Assembly: GCA_040756215.1 (NCBI GenBank)
Contig: JBFLZQ010000007.1
Location: forward strand, 62,336-126,335
Source of the DNA: Acidobacteriota bacterium
Lineage (GTDB): Bacteria; Acidobacteriota; Blastocatellia; Pyrinomonadales; Pyrinomonadaceae
Direction of reading: 5' to 3'
DNA: 64,000 nucleotides
The stretch's first letter is position 1. Each line of letters opens with the position of its first letter. This document shows positions 53,643-61,477 of the stretch, one piece after another. The position numbers and the translations under genes are program-made. The notes beneath the pieces are model-generated. The model searched no databases and had not been told where the DNA came from. It worked only from the letters and a program-made list of their open reading frames with translations.

Positions 53643-53831
53643 AGATGAGACAGACGCGGCTTTCGCGTTTGTCAAATCTTTGAAATCTGAGTCGCAAACA
53701 AAAGGCCCGGGAAACAAATGCGGCGAACAGGGCCAATGCGAATAGTATTCGCTGATTTTCCGGTGAATGGGCCGTCTCGGAAATTGAATGCGTTCGCAAA
53801 TGGCTGTTTTAGACATAATTTGGAGGCTAAA

Positions 53832-54548
53832 ATGACACAGGTAAAAGAATCCGAACCCCAGCAGGAGCTTCTCTCCGAAGAATTTGCGGCCGATACGGCA
53901 GCAAATATTCTTGATTTTACTTCTACGCTGAAAGAATTGCGGAAAACCGTCGGGCCGGAACTCGTCCGCCATCGCGAGGCCTGGCGTGACCGCTCAGGAA
54001 ACGTTCGTACGGTCGAATATGTCGAATGGCACACGGTTGCAGACATTCTGGATAGCGTTGCCCCCAACTGGGCTCATTCTGTCAAAGACATCAGGACTAT
54101 CGGTGATTACGTCATTGTAACTGTAGCAATTACAATTGACGGAGTGACCCGCGAAGGAATCGGGACAGGTTCCGCACGTTCTGAAACCGGAATTAAAAAA
54201 GCGGAGCACGATGCTCTCAAACGGGCTGCGGTCAAATTCGGAATTGCGCGTGATCTTTACAAAAAAGAGTTTGATGCAATCGAGAATCGCATTGGAGGAC
54301 AAACCCGAAATGAACAGCAGGATCCGCCATTTGAGGCTGTTGCCCGCACATTTTCCGAGCTGATCACAACACGGCAGATCTCAATGATCAGGGCCATCGC
54401 ACGCGAAGCGGGAGTGGATGCGGACGCGGAATGCTCCAGGATGTTCGGCTGTTCGATTACGGACCTGACACGTCGCGCGGCTTCCAGGCTGATTGATCGT
54501 CTCAATTCGCTGAACGGGCAAAAAGTTTCGACAAGAACTGCAAGTTGA
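53832..54548 (+). CDS. Rad52-family single-strand annealing protein (DdrA-like) with extra C-terminal domain
   Basis: ATG 53832 is preceded by GGAGG. YVEWHTVADILDSVAPNWAHSV and GVTREGIGTG...KKAEHDALKRAAVKFGIARDLY match the Rad52/DdrA core motifs. Confidence 0.85.
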   Translation: MTQVKESEPQQELLSEEFAADTAANILDFTSTLKELRKTVGPELVRHREAWRDRSGNVRTVEYVEWHTVADILDSVAPNWAHSVKDIRTIGDYVIVTVAITIDGVTREGIGTGSARSETGIKKAEHDALKRAAVKFGIARDLYKKEFDAIENRIGGQTRNEQQDPPFEAVARTFSELITTRQISMIRAIAREAGVDADAECSRMFGCSITDLTRRAASRLIDRLNSLNGQKVSTRTAS

Positions 54549-54685
54549 TAGAATGGCTCTCCAACCGAAGTTCGCGGTTTGCGGTTACGGCAATTACTTC
54601 CGCGAGAGTTTGTCGTATTTTCCACACGCAGACCGCGGCTTCCCCCTTTTGGATTTACTACATTCTTTAAGGAGGTCGTTTGTTT

Positions 54686-56383
54686 TTAAATCGCTTTGGT
54701 CGCTTTGAATGGCATTGGAACCGGCAACATCGCAGATCCGATAGTGCCGCTCATTGTCGAGCCTTCGATCGTACCACTGATCGAAAGTTCGACGCTCTGA
54801 CCGGCCATTTCGGCCGTCGCAGTTGCTCTCAGACGGCAACCGTTTATTTCCGCTGATGAAATGATTCCATTTCCCAGCATTGTTTCAAGAGTGCCGCTCA
54901 ACCGGCTGCCTTCGTGCATAAGATTCAAGGTCACCGGAACCTGACTACCCTGGAAATCGAGTATGACGTCCCATTTACCTGCTATCTGCTCCGCGGTAAC
55001 TGATTTGCCGGCGTCATCGACCGGGTTGCCTTCGCTATCGAAAACAGCAACCGCAGCGGCGTAGGAATCAACCTGCGGCAGTATCTCCGCAGCGTCGCCG
55101 ACAACAACAATTGCCATACGATCCGGGCAAACATACTGCCCGGCAACTCGTAAAACATCATCTGCGGTAACAGCCGAAACATTACTCCTGTATGTTTGAA
55201 GATAATCTGACGGCAAACCGTAGAGATGTTGATTGACAATCAGTGCAGCAAGCCCGTCAAGGGTTTCCGCCCGAATCGGAAAAACGCCCGTGAGGTAATT
55301 TTTTGCATCGGCAAGCTCTGCTTCCGTCACCGGTTTGGTACGGATTCTTTCGAGCTCATAGAAAAATTCTTTCAAGGCGTCGGCTGTTACAGGTGTTCTG
55401 ACTTCTGCGGTTGCCTCGAATTCACCAGAGAGCTTTTTCAGGTCCAGCCGTGTGTAAGCACCGTAGGTATAACCTTTTTCTTCGCGTAGATTCATAAATA
55501 CACGCGACGAAGCACCGGCCCCGAGAACCTGATTCATTACAAGCAGCGGAAAGTAATCGGGATGATTTCGTGGAACGGCAATGTCAGCCAGAATTATATT
55601 TGCCTGTGCCGAACCGGGACGGTCAACTACGGATACCGTCCGGCCGGTTCGTTTTGGCGGTTGCGGATAGGCGACTTCGTCCTGCTCTCCGGCCTGCCAT
55701 TCGGAAAAGGAGTCTTCAATGCGTTGCCTGATATCATCCTCAGAAAAATCGCCGATAACAAAAAGCATTGCATTGTTGGGAATAATGCGCCGTGAATGCA
55801 GATTGGCAAGAGCTTTGACGGATATGCGGCGGATATCATCCTGGCTCGGCGCTATGCGTGCATAGGGATGTTGGCCGTAAAGTTCCAGAGCGGTACGTTC
55901 AGCAGCCAGAAAATTCGGCTGCGAGCGCTGAAATTTTAAATTTTCTATCGTGTTTCTTCTATAGAGATCGAGCTCATTCTCCGGAAATGTGGGACGCAGA
56001 ACCACTTCGGAAAGCAGCTCGAAAATATCATCCGTGTAAATTGACAGCCCTGAAACCGATGCAATAAGAAAATCCGTTGAAGAGCCGATATTGATGTCAA
56101 GCCCGAGTCTTTCGGCTTTTTCTGCCAGTTCCCTGCTCGAATAGCCTTCGGTTCCTTCGGTCATCATGGAGGCCATTGCCGCTGTCAGACCGAAATTATC
56201 GATCGGATCGTCGGCTTCGCCGGAGAAAAAGGCCATGCGAATACCTACCAATGGCACTCGCGCCATTGGCAGCAGGACAACTTCAAGGCCGTTGGAAAGC
56301 CGGAATCGGCTCGCTTCCGGAATAGAAAATGGCACTGGGGGTAAAGGTGCCGGAGGATTTGTTAAATTCTGACTCATCATCAA
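54686..56383 (-). CDS. M16 family peptidase, non-catalytic-type subunit with C-terminal extension
   Basis: M16 fold pattern, but the HxxEH position reads GLTAAMASMMTEG. No signal peptide. About 100-aa extra C-terminal domain. Confidence 0.88.
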   Translation of the reverse strand: MMMSQNLTNPPAPLPPVPFSIPEASRFRLSNGLEVVLLPMARVPLVGIRMAFFSGEADDPIDNFGLTAAMASMMTEGTEGYSSRELAEKAERLGLDINIGSSTDFLIASVSGLSIYTDDIFELLSEVVLRPTFPENELDLYRRNTIENLKFQRSQPNFLAAERTALELYGQHPYARIAPSQDDIRRISVKALANLHSRRIIPNNAMLFVIGDFSEDDIRQRIEDSFSEWQAGEQDEVAYPQPPKRTGRTVSVVDRPGSAQANIILADIAVPRNHPDYFPLLVMNQVLGAGASSRVFMNLREEKGYTYGAYTRLDLKKLSGEFEATAEVRTPVTADALKEFFYELERIRTKPVTEAELADAKNYLTGVFPIRAETLDGLAALIVNQHLYGLPSDYLQTYRSNVSAVTADDVLRVAGQYVCPDRMAIVVVGDAAEILPQVDSYAAAVAVFDSEGNPVDDAGKSVTAEQIAGKWDVILDFQGSQVPVTLNLMHEGSRLSGTLETMLGNGIISSAEINGCRLRATATAEMAGQSVELSISGTIEGSTMSGTIGSAMLPVPMPFKATKAI

Positions 56384-56404
56384 TATTTTTTTATAGTGAC
56401 GGTA

Positions 56405-57676
56405 TTATGTTGCCGGGACAACGTCCAATAAAGCCCTGTTTTCCGTTTCGAGATATTCGGCAACGGCGGACCGTATTTCGTCCGGTGTTATTGCCAGAAG
56501 TTCTTCCAATTCCCTGTTGACACCGGTCGGATCTCCATCGTAGAGAGTAAATTCGGCAATCGCCTGAGCTCTGTTCATCGAAGATTGCCGCATCCGGACA
56601 GTATCATTCAGGAGTTGATTATGCAGTTTTTGCATTTCTTCCGGGCTTGGGCCGCGACCTGCCAGATCTGCGATTTCCTTCATAATTGTTTCACGTATTT
56701 GGCTGAGGTCTTTTTCAGGTTTGGGTATTGCACCCACAAAAATACTGGAAGGACCCCTTCTTTCATCCGTGAAACCAAATAGCTGAATTACGGATTCATC
56801 ACCTTTGACAAGTTTTTGATAAAGCCTTGAACTCTCACCGTCATAAAGCAACTTACCTGCAAGATATAGTGCGTAAAATTTCCGTGTGCGACGTGGCGGT
56901 ATTTTCCAACCGATCAAAAAAGCCGGAAATGGAGCCAGCTTATCTTCGTACTTTTTATAATTTTCCGCGACTTCGGGCGGTTCCGAAACATCGACGGGCG
57001 GCGGCGCTGCCTGTGAGGAAATATCGCCAAAAAACCGGTTCACAAGCTCTTTGGCAGTTATTGAGTCAAATGCTCCGGAGATAGATAAGACGGCGTTATT
57101 CGGTGCGTAATACAGCCTGAAGAATTCGCGCACATCTTCGACGGTTGCCGCATCCAGGTCATCCATTGAACCGATTGTGGAATGCGCATTTGCAAAATTC
57201 CGATAGATCATTTGATTGATGATATCGAAAATCTGACCATACGGCTGATTATCATACCGAAGGCGTTTTTCCTCTTTCACGGCTTCGCGCTGATTGTCCA
57301 GATTTTCCTGTGTTACGGCAAGCGAGCGCATACGGTCCGCTTCCAGCCAAAGGCCAAGCGGCAATTGGTTGGCAGGTAGTGTCTCGTAGTAATTTGTCCT
57401 CTCGCTGGACGTCGTTCCGTTCATTGTGCCGCCGGCTTTCATAATGTATTGAAAATGACCGGCCTTTGGCACATTTTGAGAACCTTGGAACATCATATGT
57501 TCAAAAAGATGTGCAAATCCGGTACGGCCGGGCCGCTCATTTCTTGAACCCACATCATAGTAAACGGCTATTGCCACGACAGGGACTGCCGGATCAGGGT
57601 TCAATATTACCCGAAGACCATTGCCAAGCCGGTATTCTTCAATTTCGAGAGGTGACAAACTGAAACTTTCAGACAT
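56405..57676 (-). CDS. M16 family zinc peptidase (catalytic subunit)
   Basis: GFAHLFEHMMFQGS (HxxEH) and downstream NGTTSSERTNY. No signal peptide. Confidence 0.92.
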   Translation of the reverse strand: MSESFSLSPLEIEEYRLGNGLRVILNPDPAVPVVAIAVYYDVGSRNERPGRTGFAHLFEHMMFQGSQNVPKAGHFQYIMKAGGTMNGTTSSERTNYYETLPANQLPLGLWLEADRMRSLAVTQENLDNQREAVKEEKRLRYDNQPYGQIFDIINQMIYRNFANAHSTIGSMDDLDAATVEDVREFFRLYYAPNNAVLSISGAFDSITAKELVNRFFGDISSQAAPPPVDVSEPPEVAENYKKYEDKLAPFPAFLIGWKIPPRRTRKFYALYLAGKLLYDGESSRLYQKLVKGDESVIQLFGFTDERRGPSSIFVGAIPKPEKDLSQIRETIMKEIADLAGRGPSPEEMQKLHNQLLNDTVRMRQSSMNRAQAIAEFTLYDGDPTGVNRELEELLAITPDEIRSAVAEYLETENRALLDVVPAT

Positions 57677-57757
57677 AAAACAACAGATATAAACTACTAT
57701 TCAATAGAAACACTATTGAAGCAAAAAAACAAAACCGGCCAAAAGCAGGTTTTCCAA

Positions 57758-58597
57758 TTACCCGGCGGCCGGATCACCGCTTTCTTTCCCGGATGCAGGT
57801 TTTGTCTGGCCGTCCTGATTCTCCTGTGCAATGGAATATAAAGCCGATTTGACATGAAAAGGCGTAAAATCAGGGTGTTTTTCCAAAAGCAGGGCTATAA
57901 CACCGACTATATGCGGACAAGCGAAGCTATTGCCCGTCAGATTTCTATAACCGCCGCCCGGCCAAGGCGTTTTTATATTTACACCCGGAGCAGTTAATTC
58001 TATTACTTCGCCATAACGAAAGCCGAAATTCAAAGGGTCTGTTTCCTCGCTTTTTATGACGGAAATCAACGAAGAGGAAAAAACCGAAGGAAAACTCGGC
58101 TGCGGCAGGTTATTTGCAGCCGCAACTACAATACAACCGGCCTGGTAAGCACGATCAAGCAAGTCGTGAAGCGGAGCGAAAAACTGCGGCTTTGTCGTCC
58201 CAAGGCTCAGATTGATAACACGGTAACGCTGTTTTATGGCCCATTCAAGACCGGCCAGAAATGCCATTCCGTCGCCCATTCCACCGGAACCGAGCACCTT
58301 TATGCTGTGAAGTCGGGCATCAGGCGCTATCCGTGCAATAATTCCGGCACAGGCGGTGCCATGCCCGGCGGAATCGCCGCTGTCCGACGGGACGAATACG
58401 ACTTTATTGCGATCAACCTTAGCCTCTACCGAATCAACGACCTTACCTGCGATGTCCGGATGACCCGTATCGATTCCGCTGTCTATTACGGCTACGCTGA
58501 CACCTTTCCCGGTTGCCTGCCGCCAGTCGTCGTCAAGCTGAAAATAGGTTGTCCGTGTCGTGTTTCCGACCTCTTCGATTCCCGAAACGGTAGTCAT
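57758..58597 (-). CDS. S8 family (subtilisin-like) serine peptidase without signal peptide
   Basis: Catalytic triad motifs VAVIDSGID (Asp), HGTACAGIIA (His) and GNSFACPHIVG (Ser). No N-terminal hydrophobic leader. Confidence 0.9.
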   Translation of the reverse strand: MTTVSGIEEVGNTTRTTYFQLDDDWRQATGKGVSVAVIDSGIDTGHPDIAGKVVDSVEAKVDRNKVVFVPSDSGDSAGHGTACAGIIARIAPDARLHSIKVLGSGGMGDGMAFLAGLEWAIKQRYRVINLSLGTTKPQFFAPLHDLLDRAYQAGCIVVAAANNLPQPSFPSVFSSSLISVIKSEETDPLNFGFRYGEVIELTAPGVNIKTPWPGGGYRNLTGNSFACPHIVGVIALLLEKHPDFTPFHVKSALYSIAQENQDGQTKPASGKESGDPAAG

Positions 58598-58600
58598 TCT

Positions 58601-59407
58601 TCAATTCTGGTCATCAAAACTCAAAAAACTGGTTCCTGTAGAACTTTCAGTAAAACGAAGTAAAGCTTCAAGCAAGGAACGACATAGTTGCCTTTCAGCC
58701 TCGCCCCGCCCGGCAAGTTCACGAAGCATAACGGCAAGATCCATCATTTCCCGATGCTCGGCACCCGTCCGCAGTTCGGCCAGCCAGTTGCGAATCTCAT
58801 CTACCGGAAAATCGCCGCTGGATTCTATAAATCGGCTGTCCATATCGCGAAAAAGTTTGGCAGATTCGTATGCGTTTACAAGAGAAGCAATAGCTTCGGC
58901 AAAACGTCCTGCCCGGTCCATCTCCTCCGGCGAAAAAGGCTCTTTTGATACGTTTTCGGCACGGTTGATATATTCAAGGACACCGATAATCTCACCGGAA
59001 TGACGCAGCGGGGTTGCGAGAATCATCTCGGTCGAGTATCCGGTAGCTTTATCAACTTCACGGTAAAAAGCAGATTCCTCTTCGACATTGGCAACAGCGA
59101 TAGGTTGGCCGGAAGACATCACAAAACCGGCAATTCCTTTTCCAGCAGGAATTTTTATCTCACTTAATTGCTGCGAAACTTTGCCGGTTGCGGAAAGAAA
59201 GCGGAGATCTCCCTGGTCACCATCGCGAATCAACACGGAAGCTGCTTCGGCACCGATATCCTCAGCCGTCACGCGTAAAAGAGCATCTATCGAGCGTGCA
59301 AGAGGTTCAGTCAGAATATTGGCAATGTCTATTGTTTCGATTAGTCGCCGAAGTTTTTCAGCGGCTCCGTCATTGTACGGTTCCGGCATAGTCAGATTTT
59401 CGCCCAA
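58601..59407 (-). CDS. GAF domain protein with helical C-terminal region
   Basis: ASVLIRDGDQGDLRFLSATG...IPAGKGIAGFVMSSGQPIAVANV...ATPL is the GAF pattern. Its stop lies 3 nt from the S8 peptidase start. Confidence 0.8.
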   Translation of the reverse strand: MGENLTMPEPYNDGAAEKLRRLIETIDIANILTEPLARSIDALLRVTAEDIGAEAASVLIRDGDQGDLRFLSATGKVSQQLSEIKIPAGKGIAGFVMSSGQPIAVANVEEESAFYREVDKATGYSTEMILATPLRHSGEIIGVLEYINRAENVSKEPFSPEEMDRAGRFAEAIASLVNAYESAKLFRDMDSRFIESSGDFPVDEIRNWLAELRTGAEHREMMDLAVMLRELAGRGEAERQLCRSLLEALLRFTESSTGTSFLSFDDQN

Positions 59408-59569
59408 TCAGCAAGCATTTTCAACATCAATAAGCAATAACTTTTTTTTCGGAAACTTCTTCCGATTAGAAATTTATGAATTGCAAATCAAAATTGGTAG
59501 TTGATTCCACTAAGCAAAATGCAGTGGGTCCGGTGTCGCAAAAGGCAAAACGTGTCTTTTCGCCAGACC

Positions 59570-61273
59570 ATGTTTGCGATGCTTCGACGGGTGGCCGACC
59601 GTATGAATAATGCCTTTCGCTGTATTCTAATCATAACTCTCCTATTATCAAGTGTTTATACCGGCAAGGCTCAGTCGCCGCGCGTCGCACGCGGAGGAGA
59701 GGATGACCGGTTTAATATCGGCCGCGGTACTCTTTTTTCGGCAACTGCTTCAAAAAATCAAACCGCAGAAAAACTAAAAACCCCATACTCGGAAACTATC
59801 CTCAATGATATTGACGAAGCGATAGATATCATTACACGCAATTATTATTCTTCAAGCGATGCCCGACCCGATATTTTGGCAAAATCAGGGATAAATTCAA
59901 TGCTTCGTTCCCTCGATCCGCATTCATCCTATTACGATCCGCCTGAATTCGAAGACCTGATCGGTGAGCAAAAAAGCGAATATTTCGGCACGGGCGTAAC
60001 CATTTCGGACTTTGAAAGAGACGGAATACTTGAAAGTTACGTAATATCAACGTTTCCCGCCTCAGCAGCCGACCGCGCAGGCCTTCGTTTCGGTGATCGA
60101 ATAATAGCCGTAAACGGCTCGCTTGTAGCAGGTCTCACGTCCCGTGAAATTCGCGGACTGATTCGCGGTCCTTTGGGCACAACAGTAAGGCTAACTATTG
60201 AACGCTCAGGGAAACTGATCAATTTTGATCTTCGCAGAGCAAAAATTGCTTCTCCGACGGTTACAAATGCATTTTTACTCGGAAACGGAGTCGGGATAAT
60301 AGAACTGTCTGATGGTTTCAGCCTGACAACGCCGGCGGAATTCGACGCTGCTTTGATAAAACTAAAATCCGAGGGTATGAGATCCCTGATTCTGGATTTG
60401 AGAGGAAATCCCGGAGGAATCCTGGAATCCGCAATTCGCGTTGCCGAAAGGTTTCTACCGGCCGGCAGGACAATCGTTTCCCAACGAGGCCGGGGAATAT
60501 ATGACAACCGCGTCTGGAAATCGGAAAACCGCCGCCCGGAAACGATCCCGCTTATAATACTTGTCAACCGCGAAACTGCGTCTGCTTCGGAAGTGCTGGC
60601 CGGAGCATTGCAGGATAATGACCGTGCTCTGATCGTAGGTGAAAAAACCTTTGGTAAAGGCCTCGTCCAGACCGTAATAGATCTTCCGGGCGGAGGCGGG
60701 CTTACGCTTACAACCGCCAGATATTTTACTCCGTCCGGCCGCTTGATACAGCGGGATTATGAAAAAACGGGTAATTATGATTATTACCGACACTCTGATT
60801 CCCCTGATCCTTCAACGCAAAAAGTGGCAAAAACCCGAACTAACCGGACTGTCTATGGCGGCGATGGTATTTCACCCGATAAACAAGCTGTTTTGGAACA
60901 GTTTACAGCCGGCCGCATTGCTTTGCTGGATCCGATTTTCTTTTTCACACGGGAAATCATCTATGGCGGGATACCGGAAATCAGCGTTTCAGACTCACCC
61001 GACAGCCCGGACGAAATTAAAATAACACCCGTTTTCATAAATTTTGCAAAAAAATGGCCGGGTGTTTCACATCTCACAAAGACTGATGCGGAATGGGCAG
61101 TTTCAAGAATTCGTTTTAATTTGATTCTGGCAATGTCCGGTAATAGTGCGGCAGAAAGTTACCGATTGAGAAATGATCCGGTCGTAAAGACTGCGTTAAA
61201 TTTTCTGCCGGATGCCTTAACTTTTGCAAAATCAACATTTACACCCAAAAGTCCATTTTCTCAAGTGAAATAA
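59570..61273 (+). CDS. S41 family C-terminal processing peptidase with PDZ domain
   Basis: PDZ (AADRAGLRFGDRIIAVNG). LDLRGNPGG and RETASASEVLAGALQDNDRALIVGEKTFGKG (Ser/Lys dyad region). Start uncertain (candidates 59519, 59570, 59579, 59603); the signal peptide begins near MNNAFRCILIITLLL. Confidence 0.88.
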   Translation: MFAMLRRVADRMNNAFRCILIITLLLSSVYTGKAQSPRVARGGEDDRFNIGRGTLFSATASKNQTAEKLKTPYSETILNDIDEAIDIITRNYYSSSDARPDILAKSGINSMLRSLDPHSSYYDPPEFEDLIGEQKSEYFGTGVTISDFERDGILESYVISTFPASAADRAGLRFGDRIIAVNGSLVAGLTSREIRGLIRGPLGTTVRLTIERSGKLINFDLRRAKIASPTVTNAFLLGNGVGIIELSDGFSLTTPAEFDAALIKLKSEGMRSLILDLRGNPGGILESAIRVAERFLPAGRTIVSQRGRGIYDNRVWKSENRRPETIPLIILVNRETASASEVLAGALQDNDRALIVGEKTFGKGLVQTVIDLPGGGGLTLTTARYFTPSGRLIQRDYEKTGNYDYYRHSDSPDPSTQKVAKTRTNRTVYGGDGISPDKQAVLEQFTAGRIALLDPIFFFTREIIYGGIPEISVSDSPDSPDEIKITPVFINFAKKWPGVSHLTKTDAEWAVSRIRFNLILAMSGNSAAESYRLRNDPVVKTALNFLPDALTFAKSTFTPKSPFSQVK

Positions 61274-61420
61274 AAACAAAAAGCCCGCCATTTCTGACGG
61301 GCTTCAGGGTTGAAACAGGAGGAAACCGGAAAGACTCGTTCGCAGATAATTTATCTGTCGGCTGGCTTTCGTATTCCGTTTTGATTGATGCAGCCGGTTT
61401 GATTTGCGTTGCCTGAAGCA

Positions 61421-61454
61421 AAAAAAATCCCGCTGCTCAAAGCCGGCAGCGGGA
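61421..61454 (-). terminator. Rho-independent terminator of the TonB-type receptor gene
   Basis: 9-bp stem UCCCGCUGC/GCAGCGGGA (61454-61446 with 61436-61428) followed by an 8-U run on the minus strand, 24 nt after the stop at 61478. Confidence 0.7.
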
Positions 61455-61477
61455 GAAGCAAGGAATTACCAACCGCT

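Noticed and set aside
53111-54548. XRE plus Rad52-like pair read as a prophage remnant
   Set aside because: This is not excluded, but there is no integrase, att-like repeat, or structural or lysis gene within 10 kb on either side, and both flanks are housekeeping genes. It is kept as a finding with the prophage origin listed as the refuting scenario.
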